A stretch of 36,515 nt of DNA from Octopus bimaculoides (Eukaryota): positions 93,640,766 through 93,677,280 of the forward strand of contig NC_068985.1 of the NCBI RefSeq assembly GCF_001194135.2, in the 5' to 3' direction. The position numbers were made by a program, and so were the translations under genes. Position 1 is the stretch's first letter. Every line of letters begins with the position of its first letter. A model generated the notes under the pieces. It saw only the letters and a program-made list of their open reading frames with translations. It made no database searches and had not been told where the DNA came from. Below are positions 1-10,995 of this stretch, piece by piece.

Positions 1-127
1 AATACATGTTTTACCTGTGAATTTGCGTGTGTAAACTGGGAATACATACAACGAGTTTCTCTGCCCTAGGTGTACGGAAAACACTCGGCGAGAAATGGAA
101 AAAAATTTGAAGAAAGAAGAAAAAAAC

Positions 128-168
<41 letters not shown>
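1..168 (+). mobile_element. 3' end (UTR plus (TAA)n tail) of an R4/Dong-like non-LTR retrotransposon
   Basis: 54-128 (gtttctctgccctagg...acactcggcgagaaatggaaa...gaagaaaaaaacat) aligns by eye with 23925-24000, the 3' flank of the RLE-type ORF relic; followed by (AAT)n at 128-168. Confidence 0.5.
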
Positions 169-169
<1 letters not shown>

Positions 170-646
170 TATATATATATATATACACTATTTAATAAAC
201 ACAATATATATTTCTATGTGCTACTATTAATTTCATGTGCTGAGAACATGTGAAACAGTATTTCTAACACTCTGGTGTCCTGGCACAATCGTCAGACTCA
301 ACAGTGTCTGATGATATTTGCCATCACGGAACAGTACACTATGTATGCATGTATGTATAGGTATTATGTGTGTCTGTGTGTATATGTGTGTGTGGGTGGG
401 TTGTATATATACATTAAACTCCTCACTCGTATCACGATTGAACCGAATGTTTAACTATGGTCTGTCCTTGGCCCTTACTTGACATTACCTGTCAATCTTT
501 GAGTCTTCTAGATACCAATACCTTTTATACCCTCACTTATACATATATATATATATATATCAATTTTTTTTCAATCAATTTTTTTTCTCCGAATTTTTTT
601 TTTCAATCAATTTTTTTTCTCCGTGTTTTTCTCCTTGTCTCCGTAT

Positions 647-683
647 TCTTTCTGTTGAAGAGCGTAGCTCGAAACGTCAAAGA
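647..683 (+). ncRNA. Minimal type-I hammerhead ribozyme motif, CUGUUGA core variant
   Basis: TCTTT-CTGTTGA-A-GAGC(GTA)GCTC-GAAA-C-GTC^-AAAGA. Helix I TCTTT/AAAGA 5 bp perfect, helix II 4 bp, GUC cleavage triplet, vestigial helix III. Core position 6 is U instead of A. Confidence 0.55.
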
Positions 684-2120
684 CTTTCCGTATTCCCGAG
701 CGTCATACTAATATATACTTTTGTTATTTACACCACCTGTCCTCGTCTGTTGTTATTTTTTGTATATTCTCCCATATATATATATATATATATAGCGGAC
801 TAGGGTTCATGACGGGATCGCTTTTGCTCATAAATCTCCTCGGTTATGGGTCATCTCTGACAAAATGCTGCAATAACAATTCCAAATTGTCTTGAATTTT
901 CTCTAATAAGAAAATACTTTGAAACATTCTTCAAGTCTTTCTTTTCACCTAATAACCTTTAATAACATTAACATTGCTCATTTTCAGAAAAGACCATTAT
1001 TCAGCCAATAATTTCCTCATGAACAATTCATAACATAATTAAGGTCACCTCTTTGTGCTTCGATGTTTCATTATATTGTCCTAAGAAGAAGATATTTTTA
1101 TGCCTAAAACTTCATACTGATTAGTTTCTCAGAACAAACTTCATTCTTCGAGGCATATTAGCACTTCTTTCTCCACAGTTCCTTACTTTTCCTCAGCTGT
1201 AATTATTATACATCATTCTTGAAGCAAATTATCAATTCCAGCCCAGGAATGAAAGCTATTCTTTTGACACCAAAATAGTATAATGTAAACTTTTTTCATT
1301 CTTTAACCTCTATGAAGCTCTGTTCTTTTTCCATCGAGAAAAAATCGCACAAAAATTCAATGAAAGTCTGTTAAAATACATTCCTTCAGAAAATGTTTTA
1401 AAAAATGTTCAGTTTAGTGGAAAATATTTGCTTAAGTTTATAACATGCTGCTAATTTCAAATAAGGGTGAAATGGTGCTATACAATGCTAACTACAACTA
1501 AAGTATTTTAGATCTTTTATAAGGAGTAGAAAAAAATAGATTTAAAATATTAAATATTTATATTCTGTTTATCTCCTTTGTTACTCTTCGACTTAAAATT
1601 GAAGCTTGTGAACCCACTAGGATTAAGCTAGAAATGATTAACTCCCTTAAAATAACTATCACTAAAGAACTGCAATTGTTTTTTCTGAAAAATGTGACAT
1701 CCAGCTTGATAGCTTCATTGCATCGTATAAACTCTGGGTACCTGCCTAGAAATGATGAGAGAAGAGATGAAAAGCAATTATAGAGGGCTTAAATAGCTAA
1801 AATTCTACACGTCTAGGTAGAAGTTCTGTGAATAAGTGAGTGATTAGAGACCGAAAGGCATCAATGAATTCTCATTGATGTATCTGATTCTCTAAAGAAA
1901 GAAATAACTTTCGTCGAGTCGAAATTAAATAGTGAGCATATTCTCTTCAACTAAAAGAAAGTTCAGCTATCACTCATAAGTTGGTTGCTCGCACTACGTT
2001 TTCGTTGGTTGTTTTGGGTGCTTAATATAGTTGCGAGAAAACAACGTTTCGGTCTAACCATCCTTCGTCCAGTTAACATCGAAGATGTGACAGATGGAGG
2101 AAGATAGTGTAGCACCAGTA

Positions 2121-2265
2121 GTCGACTGGTATTCATTTACAGCTGGGTTTACATTGGAACAACGTGAAATGATGTGCTTTGCTCAAAGATACAATGCGTC
2201 GATTGGCTCAGGAATTGAACCTATGACTTTATGATCGTGAACCAAACTCCCTCACCTCTAGATCA
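2121..2265 (-). mobile_element. Degenerate tRNA-derived CORE-like SINE (family E)
   Basis: Reverse complement shows B-box GGTTCAATTCC followed by a ctttgagcaaagcacatcatttcacg CORE-like block; similar to 3140-3381 and the head at 8210. Confidence 0.55.
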
Positions 2266-3139
2266 GGTTCCTTCACCCAGGAAATGGAATAGAGACAATA
2301 AATACAATTTAGTATCCTGCTTTATATTCTCAATGTATCTGAGTTTTAAAAGTATGTTATATAGTTAGTATAGGTGTATATAATTTCTTCATATAAAGAA
2401 CGCTCCAACTGGAGCATTGCCATGAAACCACATAAATATCTTTAATGGAATTTTGAATGATATACTTTAATCAATATTGAGACAGAAGATGTTCGCATAC
2501 AATATATTCCGTGATAATCTCACAACCTTTCAAATTGAATTAAAAGTGAATTGTGCTATTCTGTACACATTGTAATTTATTGATATGCGATCAACTGATA
2601 AACAAGCAAGGAAAAATTTTATATATCAATCCTGGAGTTGATTAAGACATTAATAAGAATGTCACAAGAAACTCACACAAGAATTTACGAATTCTTCTTA
2701 TTTTTCAACGAGACCAAAACCGTAACTACGACATGTCTTGTTGATAAGAAATTGAAATTTATTAGCAAATCCCAACAGTTTTACATATTCCTGCCAGTTA
2801 TAGCGAAACGTTAGATTTAGAATATTTTAAATAAGTTTTTATTCAGCCCGGCGGCTATTCACAATATCAGTGAATATATTATTCACAGTTTCTTATATAT
2901 ATATCGGAGGGAAGAGATTTCGTCTCGGCATGTGACTAAAGACTACACGTCATTCCTAAAGCATCGGGAAACGAAAACGCACTTTGACGTTCTCACATGA
3001 CGCTGCTGACAAATATTCGTCTCGTTCCGATACATATAATGATTTTAGAACAATATAATCTTTGAAGAGATTTTCTCTCAGACAAAATATCACAGCAAAA
3101 TGTTTCTCAACAATCTATATGAGCATGACATATAAATGG

Positions 3140-3381
3140 TTAGTCCGCATTGCTGTGTAAGGAGCATAGCGCCGGTTTCCCGACCTCTCTGGTGTAATAT
3201 ATTCCTCCCTGGACTACGCTAGTCCCTCACAAGATTACTCATTTTTAACAGTTGAGAGGACTGGAGCAGTGTAAAATGAAATGTTTTTTCTCAAAAACAC
3301 AATGCATCGCCTGGTCCTGGAATCGAAACCACAATAGTACGATCGTGAGTTCAACTCCTCAACCATCAAGCTATGCACCTC
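3140..3381 (-). mobile_element. CORE-like SINE (family E) with gggaaaccgg tail
   Basis: Reverse complement has GGTTTCGATTCC B-box, CORE-like block and tail cgggaaaccggcgctatg, which resembles 20680-20705. Confidence 0.6.
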
Positions 3382-4077
3382 CATATGACGCATTTAATTT
3401 AAAGCTGTTTCAGTTGCGTACACCGAGTTTTACATATTTAATTTAAAGGTCTTGGGAACAAATATAGTTTGACATTATTCTTGATACACGGAATTAAGTT
3501 GATTAGAATCCAAGCATCTCTCGAAGCCAATGGGATTCTGAAATTTCTCAAACCATTTTGGATAGAAATCAGAAAATCATGAAGCTGATGTGATTGTTTC
3601 AAGCCACATAAACAAGAGACTAAACGCCAAGTTTCTTCATCTCAAAAAATTCTTACAGACTAAACAGAAATAATGATTAGAAAATTCTTATTTTTAAATC
3701 TCACAACGAGAGATATTCAGCAACAGTACTGGGGCTAAATTACAGCAACATTCGCCCTAAACCAGGACTGCCATGTTATGGTGGCAAAAATTTTTACTCC
3801 AGAAATAATGATTTCATTCATTAACATGTGGCCCCAAATTTGTTAATTGAAATCAGTAGAATCAATCCCAGAATATGCTTCGCACTTCTTTTACTGACTC
3901 CAGAGAAATGAAAATATTGGAGCTCAGTCGGACTTGAACTTAAAACATAGGAAACAAATTCAAATACTACTTCTCGATCATTTTGAAGCGAAACTCAAGA
4001 TATCACAAACAGTATTATAACAAATGATTAAATTTCTGTACGACGCATATGTAACTACCATTTAGAGCTACTTGTTC

Positions 4078-4786
4078 ATTTCTTTATTGCCCAAAAGAGG
4101 CTAAACAAAGACAGACAAAGGGATTAAGTCGATTAGATCGACCCCACTGCGCAACTGGTACTTAATTCATAGACCCTGAAAGGGGTCGATAAATTAAGTA
4201 CCAGTTAGACACTGGGTCGATCTAATCGACTGGCCCCTCCCCCAAAATTTCGGGTTTTGTACCTGGAGTAGAAAAGGATATTCATTTTACCGTTAGAACG
4301 CCGGGCGAAATGCCTAGCGGTATTTCGTCTGTCTTTACGTTCTGAGTTCAAATGCCGCCGAGGTCGACTTTGCCTTTCATCCTTTCGGGGTCGATAAATT
4401 AAGTACCAGTTACGCACTGCGGTCGATGTAATCGACTTAATCCGTTCGTCTGTTCTTGTTTGTTCCCTCTATGTTTAGCCCCTTGTGGGCAATAACGAAA
4501 TAGGTATTTCGTCTGTCTTTACGTTCTGAGTTCAAATTCCACCGAGGTCGACTTTGCCTTTCATCCTTTCAGGGTCGATAAATTAAGTATCAGTTGCGTA
4601 CTGGGGTCGATCTAATCGACTGGTCCCCTCCCCCAAAATTTTGGACCTTGTGCGTAGAGTAGAAAAGGCTATTTAATTTTATCGACCCCGAAAGGATGAA
4701 AGAAAAGTCAACCTCTGCAGAAGTTAAACTCAGGAAGTAAAAAACATTTTGTCTGGTACGCTAACGATTCTGTCAGCTCAGCGCCG
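4078..4786. mobile_element. Cluster of five family-A SINE pieces (minus, plus, plus, plus, minus)
   Basis: Repeated gagttcaaattcc B-box and gtcgactttgcctttcatcctttcggggtcgataaattaagtaccag central block; two tail types (ccccttgtgggcaataaagaaat and ggcccctcccccaaaattt...gtagaaaagg). Confidence 0.9.
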
Positions 4787-5069
4787 AAATACCAAACAAT
4801 AAAGAAATTGTTTTGTGTTTGTTGTTAATCCCATGCAACCATTATATCGCCCAAGAATTAAGGAAAATAGTTACTATATATTTGTTAGTCCGAGTAAACT
4901 ATTCCTTTATTGAATTTGTTTCTGAATGTTGTAGGCACAGATATTGTTGTGTTCTTCAGACGCTCGCTTCTGAAACAAGTAAAAGATAAGAAATAATAAT
5001 TAAAAGATTAGAAATAAGTCTGTAGTTAATAAAAAAAAAATATAGCATAAATGGTCAGCTTTGGTGAAC

Positions 5070-5175
5070 TATGCTTGGAGAAAAACGACGAGATGGTCAT
5101 GGCTGGTTTGAATACCTTTGATTATAAATCTGTCATATCAAGGTTGATTTGTGGTTAAAAATAGCAACAGCAATA
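5070..5175 (+). mobile_element. 3' fragment of family-F SINE-like repeat
   Basis: ggtcatggctggtttgaatacctttgattataaatctg...gatttgtggttaaaaatagcaacagc resembles the 3' end of 8980-9250. Confidence 0.4.
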
Positions 5176-5811
5176 CTAATTCTTCCATTCGTTTATCTTC
5201 TCCACCCACTATTCCTTGGAGGGTGGTGGGTATAAAGTCCTCACGTATCTCTTTCATAGGGTCCTACCAAAAGCAGTCATCATTTCACTTTCCGTTCTTG
5301 GAAAGCGAAATCATCATTTCACTTTTCCTTTCATTAGTAATAAGTTACTGAACTAAAATCAAGACAAGCTTAAATAAGATGCATAATTACTGACAAATTA
5401 AGTTAAGATACACCAAAGAAGACAGTTATTTAAATGAGAATTGATTTAGCGAATAATCCACGAAAATTGTATATAAGTATTAAGAAGATTATGAGATTTT
5501 TCATTTAGAAAATTATAACCACCACCAAAAATGTATTGATACGAGATATTACAAAAGCATGATCTTTCGCTAAAATACTTTCAAGAATATTATAGAGACA
5601 TTCAAATTTGATAGAAGAGGAATGTAAGAACAATATGGTTCATAAAGTCGATGAATCTGTCTGATATAGCTAATTTTATTGCCTACGATAATGTTTCTGT
5701 TCTTTTGAAACACGTGTATTTGAAGAACACTGCAACGATAAAGAAAAAAAAACGTTAAAACTTTTGCATTGTTTTCAACTATGATATCTTTATCTTTCAT
5801 CTTTTACTTGC

Positions 5812-6395
5812 TTTAATCATTGGACTACGGCCAAGCTGGGGTACCACCTTGAAGTGTTTAGTACTATAAATCAAAATAGTCAATAAAATCAAAATTATTT
5901 GGAAGTTTGGTATTTATTCAATTGCTCTCTTTTGACGAACCGCTAGGTTACGGGGACGTAAACAAACGAAACACCAATTGTCAAGTGCTGGGAGGACACA
6001 CACACACATATATATATTTATTTATTNNNNNNNNNNNNNNNNNNNNNNNNNNNNNNNNNNNNNNNNNNNNNNNNNNNNNNNNNNNNNNNNNNNNNNNNNN
6101 NNNNNNNNNNNNNNNNNNNNNNNNNNNNNNNNNNNNNNNNNNNNNNNNNNNNNNNNNNNNNNNNNNNNNNNNNNNNNNNNNNNNNNNNNNNNNNNNNNNN
6201 NNNNNNNNNNNNNNNNNNNNNNNNNNNNNNNNNNNNNNNNNNNNNNNNNNNNNNNNNNNNNNNNNNNNNNNNNNNATATATATGACGGGCTTGGGACTAA
6301 GGTAGAAGACACTTGTGCAAGGTTCTGCGCAGTGAAACAGAACCGGAAATCATATGATTGCAACGCAAGCTTCTTACCCATACCATACATTGATG
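5812..6395 (-). mobile_element. Family-B CORE-type SINE spanning an assembly gap
   Basis: 3' half (gaaccgctaggttacggggacgtaaac) at 5812-6000 and degenerate 5' half (agaagacacttgtgcaagg...gcttcttaccca) at 6285-6395; both match 9936-10360 in reverse. Confidence 0.7.
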
Positions 6396-6460
6396 TCTGC
6401 GCCTACTTAAAAATATCCAAAATAATTTTTTATGATGTTTCTGAAATGTTTCATCCCCAA

Positions 6461-6610
6461 CCACTTGGTTCCAGGTTCAGTCCCACGGGGGGCACCTTGG
6501 GGAAATGTCGTCTACAACAGCTTCTGGTAGATGGAAACTGATAGAAGCCCGTCGTATGTGTGTGTGTGCGCGCGCTTGCTTGTGTCTTTGTGTCCGTGTT
6601 CATACTCCAC
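6461..6610 (+). mobile_element. Family-B SINE 5' part
   Basis: ggttccaggttcagtcccacggggggcaccttggggaaatgtc...ggtagatggaaactgatagaagcccgtcg matches 9980-10100. Confidence 0.75.
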
Positions 6611-6962
6611 CAAAAGAAACCATTTGAATATGTACCAGGCCGAAGTCTGATAAGTGAAACAAGAAGAAGGTAAAAAGAGATAGAGCAGTGTAGAAATTCA
6701 ACTGAAACATTGGTTTTTTGGCTTGAGATTATGAATCAAGCATTAATTACGATGTTAAAACGTGTGAAATATTAGATTTTGATGAAACAGGGAATCATTA
6801 AATCTAAGCTGAATCTCTATGTTAAGTAATAAACGTAGCAATTTGCTGAGATAAATCCCTTTCGGCTTCACATAACTAACCTAATACATCCAGAAAGCTA
6901 ATAAACCTCACCTCTCCTGTAACTACGTGGTTACAGGAGACATTTTTTTATATCTTTTGTGA

Positions 6963-7254
6963 ACAGTCTTGCTTCGTGAGATAAGGACCAAGCAACTGAG
7001 ATTTCTTGCCATGTGGGGGAAAAGAGGGCCTGGAGTATTTAGTGAAGGCCGGAAAGATTGAAGGGAAAGAAAGCGGAAGATATGAATGTCAAGCTTGACA
7101 AAGTGGTTCGAAGAATGAAGCATTAAACATCAGGAAGTGGAACTGTTACAGAAAACAAAGAACAGAGAATTGCGGCAGGACATTATCGTCACAGGCGATC
7201 ATCTCATACCATATACATTCTTCATACATTCTGGACATGGCACCTAAAGAAAGA
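6963..7254 (+). mobile_element. Frameshifted 3' end of an RTE-clade LINE ORF
   Basis: Manual translation across frameshifts: LLREIRTKQLRFL/HV../EGLEYLVKAGKIEGK..SGR/SLTKWFEE/ELLQKTKNREL and terminal GHGT* (7233-7247) plus agaaaga. This matches the typical RTE C-terminus (QLRFLGHV.RK.GLE..V..GK.EGKR.RGR...GHGT*). Confidence 0.75.
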
Positions 7255-7820
7255 TATCCGTAGACTTAATCTATTTTCCAATTTAATCTAGTACTTATTT
7301 TTGCGCGCCTTAAGAGGAATCCACACTGTTGTAAGCATTTAGGCCAGATCTCCGGTTCAATTAGAATTGTCTACCATTCTTACCCGTCCCGGAAACCTTG
7401 ACAGAATAATACAACTATGGTTTTTGTCTGATGTTTCACCCATTAACTGCCAAATTGTTTTATTCATATTTCTTGGCTATGCCAGGTTTCTTAGGAGTTA
7501 AAATAATATATAGTATTTAAATTTTCTTCATTTGTGAATTATTTTGAAAATTATAAATTTTTCGAAAAGTCCCAAATGGGGATTGCTGAAGAAAAGCATA
7601 TTTATCCTTTTCTATTCAATTGCAATAATAAACATCTTGGTTTTCTTCTTTTTTTTAAACTATTGTATCAAATGTGAATGTGTATGAAATATCAATGAGT
7701 GATATAGATGGGAAATGCAAAAAAAAAAAAACGTTTTCAAAACTGTCAATATCTTTGAAGTTCAAAAATTGCGATTTTTGACATAAAGCCAGAATTAACC
7801 AGAACTGATAATAGTTTGTA

Positions 7821-7976
7821 CTCGAAGCACAAGGCCTCAAATTTAGAGTAAGGGATTAAGTCGATTACATCGACCCCAGTGCATAACTTGTACTTATTTA
7901 ATCGACCGCGAAAGGTTAAAAGTCAAAGTCGACCCCGGCGGAATTTGAAATCAGAAAGTAGCGAGAGACGAAATAC
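7821..7976 (-). mobile_element. Family-A SINE
   Basis: gattaagtcgattacatcgaccccagtgcataacttgtacttatttaatcgacc...ggcggaatttgaaatcag is the reverse of the family-A body. Confidence 0.85.
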
Positions 7977-8209
7977 GGTCAGAACTAATAATGACAAACT
8001 TTAACAACTAAATATTGTTAAACACACCTCTACAAATCCAACGAACATAAGCAATTTACTTTAAATACAACGAACAACCGGCTGTGAGACTGTTTTTAGC
8101 AGATCCTCAAATGGGACTCATGGCAGGGAATGGGTTAACGTCACTGGTAAGGAAGTGGTGAATATTTAGTGTGTGCTAATTTGAGTTCTTTTGGCGGATC
8201 CTGTGAAGA

Positions 8210-8525
8210 CACGTCGCTTAGGGGTTAACGTATTTGGCTCACAGTTGTGAGTTCGATTCCTATCTGCGCGTTGAGTCCTTGAGCAAGACACTTTATTTCA
8301 CGTTGCCCTTGCCCACTCAGTAGTCAAACATTAGCTGTACTTGTATATGAAAGGACCAGCCTAGCCAAAGTCGGAGAGTCAGGCTGAATCTCTCGGAGAG
8401 CTACGTTAAGAGTACGCGTGTCTGTGGAGTGCTCAGCCACTTACTCGTTAGTTTCACGTGCAGGGTTATCTGTTGATCGGATCGAGTGGAATGATCGGCA
8501 TTGTTACCGATGGAGTACCAGTAAT
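8210..8525 (+). mobile_element. Composite SINE: family-E (CORE-like) head plus family-C body
   Basis: B-box gttcgattcc 8251-8260, CORE-like ccttgagcaagacactttatttcacg, then gctgaatctc...gtgtctgtggagtgctcagccactt shared with 35340-35480. Confidence 0.75.
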
Positions 8526-8689
8526 ATCACTGGTAGTAAATTGGTGACTGTTTAGCCTTTTAGTTCTTTTGATGGCCCCTTGATTTTAATTATTTGCGGT
8601 ATTGTTTGAGTAGTTATGCCATTGTTCCCCCAGAAGTGAATATTGCGGTGTTTTTCATCTGACTTAGCGATATATGTTCCTAATCATTA

Positions 8690-8970
8690 TGTCAGGGTCA
8701 CCGTCGACATCGACGACACCGACGACAACATCATCATCATCACCACCACCACCACCACTATTTTCTTCTTCTTCCACTTCTCTTCTTTCGTCGTCGTTGT
8801 CATCATCACCATCAGCAGCAGCAGCACCACCACCACCACCACCATCACCACCACCACCACCACTACCACTATTTTCTTCCTCGTCTTCCACTTCTTCTCT
8901 TCCTTCGTCGTCGTCGTCGTCATCATCATCATCACCATCTTTCTAATCATGATTCATCACCATCATCATT
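8690..8970. repeat. Compound trinucleotide repeat (CAT/CAC/CGT/CTT)
   Basis: Direct reading; explains four overlapping low-complexity ORFs. Confidence 0.95.
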
Positions 8971-8979
8971 AGCATGCCC

Positions 8980-9250
8980 ATTAGTCACTTGATCTGTCAG
9001 AAATCTACAGCAAAATCTTCCTCAAAGTATGCTTCGTCGAAGACGAACCAAAGAGCACATGAAATGATGTAGTCCTAGATATACTATACCTGAAAACAAA
9101 TCAAAACAAACAAACAAACGAACAAAAAGAAAGAAAAAGGACGAGGTAGCAACGGCTAGAATGCCTTTTGATGACAAGTTTACATGATCAGATCTGACCT
9201 GATCTGACCAACAACAACATCAACAACAACAGCAAAAACAACAACAACAA
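8980..9250 (+). mobile_element. Family-F SINE-like repeat with (AAC)n tail
   Basis: Blocks tagtcacttgatctgtcagaaat...aaatcttcctcaaa, gtagtcctagata and gatcagatctgacctg recur at 23030-23250, 27320-27397, 32880-32985 and 34990-35070. Confidence 0.55.
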
Positions 9251-9879
9251 TGCTTGATTGTATAATTCAAGTATTAACTTTACTGTAAAGTGCTATCGTT
9301 ATCACAGCATTTTATCTGAGGAATAGGTAAAGTTAAACCTAACGTAATTTAGCATCGGCGTTATTACAGAATAATACTGAGGTCATTTTCTATCGATTAT
9401 AAATATTGTAATTACGCTGAATCAAGTTACTATGAAATCTCTCTACATTGCTTGGAATCTTGATAATATTTTATAAACATTTATCAGAAAGCTAATACAT
9501 TGAAGAACTGACATTGAGAAGTCTTGTAAGGGCAAACTCGTTTCATACACATCCCCGTTATCTTTAACACATTCTTATCTCGTTATCGAAGCTTCGATGT
9601 GTCCTTGGCCAAAAAGAAACAAACATTTGACCCTCAATAACCTCAGTCCACCTAGAAAGTAAATATGTGCTGGGTGGGTTAAGGTACAGAAGAACCTATA
9701 ACAACTTGTAAGTGATAGATACAATGGGTGCATTAACTGTCATTGACCTACGCATATTCAAGCTGTGCATCAGCTACATTGATCTCACTGATAGCGGAGG
9801 GAGTGCAAAGGTCAGGAGTACTATAATAGAAATATATTATTAATAAGTAATGCAATAAAACTATATATATATATATACA

Positions 9880-9926
9880 TACGAGGTCTGGTCAAAAAGT
9901 ATCTCGATTGTTGCTATGGTAACGGA
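9880..9926 (+). mobile_element. Solo mariner-like terminus
   Basis: TA-CGAGGTCTGGTCAAAAAGT follows (TA)n and resembles the TA-CGAGGGGGTGCTGTGAAGTT ends at 27084/27301; no partner end found. Confidence 0.4.
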
Positions 9927-9935
9927 ACTAAAGTG

Positions 9936-10098
9936 CGCAGAGAGTGGCTGTGTGGTAAGTAGCTTGCTAACCAACCACATCGTTCCGGGTTCAGTCTCAC
10001 TGCGTGGCACCTTGGGCAAGTGTCTTCTGCTATAGCCTCGGGCCGACCAAAGCCTTGTGAGTCGATTTGGTAGACGGAAACTGAAAGAAGCCTGTCGT

Positions 10099-10136
<38 letters not shown>

Positions 10137-10360
10137 ATGCATGTGTGTGTGTTTGTGTGTCTGTGTTTGTCACCCCACCATCGCTTGACAACCGATGCTG
10201 GTGTGTTTACGTCCCCGTAACTTAGCGGTTCGGCAAAAAGGGACCGATAGAATAAGTACTGGGCTTACAAAGAATAAGTCCTTGGATCGACTAAAGGCGG
10301 TGCTCCAGCATGGCCGCAATCAAATGACTGAAACAAGTAAAAGAGTAAAAAGAGTAGAGT
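9936..10360 (+). mobile_element. Full-length family-B CORE-type SINE
   Basis: A-box tggctgtgtggtaag, B-box gggttcagtc, CORE-like ggcaccttgggcaagtgtcttc, internal (TA)n/(TG)n, tail (gtaaaaga)n. Confidence 0.9.
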
Positions 10361-10379
10361 GAAGCCACTTGGCACGGGT

Positions 10380-10715
10380 TGACCTTGACCTCTGTCGCGC
10401 ATACATATTCAGTGATAACGCTTTCGTATATTTTTGTTGTTTGTAGCAATGTTTGGAAGTAAAGTGTGTAGAGAGTGGTGGTCTCAAAAATAGGACCGGG
10501 TTCCAACTCAGGCGAACACAGAGCTGCTCAGAACACGTCTGCATAGTCCAGCGGCTACATCTCGAGTCTGTGATACAAAAGAACTTTGCTGCAGCTAGTT
10601 TTCTGCGCATGCGCTTAAGGGACCTTTTGGCAGGCCTTCCAGGAGGTTCCAACCCTGCGCATGCCTGCTGGAGACCCTCAAAATGATGTCACTACAAAAG
10701 GATATCCGCATGCCA
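10380..10715. promoter_or_regulatory. Unique GC/CpG-richer island with NRF1-like, nuclear-receptor DR0 and CRE-like motifs
   Basis: TGACCTTGACCT 10380-10391, TGCGCATGCGC 10604-10614, TGCGCATGCC 10656-10665, TGATGTCA 10684-10691; visibly more GC-rich than its flanks. Confidence 0.35.
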
Positions 10716-10995
10716 GTCGCATCAGCGTGAACGAAATATGAGAGCCAAACAAAAAGAAGAAAAAAAGATGCGTTAAACAGATGTTAATTACTTGAAACAC
10801 ACGATCAGGGGGATTTCCCCACAACATGACGATTAAACAGCCGTTAGTGGTTTCAGGGGTTTAATTAGCGGTAAAAATAAAAAAGAAAAATGGAGGGAGA
10901 CCCTAGAATTATTAGAATTATTGGAGCCTTTGTAACTTATACTTAAATAGAGATAAGGGCTTAATAGGTAGCAGATATTATTATGTCTGCAGAGA

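Noticed and set aside
262-340. CTGATGA at 308-314 and CTGACGA on the minus strand near 289-295
   Set aside because: No convincing helix II, GGAAC instead of GAAAC on the plus strand, and helix I is out of register; the two motifs simply form a small hairpin.
1660-1748. Minus-strand acceptor-like tract followed by RYPEFIRCNEAIKLDVTFF
   Set aside because: Short frame, no good donor and no recognisable homology.
4078-4786. Repeat-spacer appearance of recurring gtcgat blocks (CRISPR-like)
   Set aside because: Units are SINE fragments of variable length and orientation in a eukaryotic context; no cas genes.
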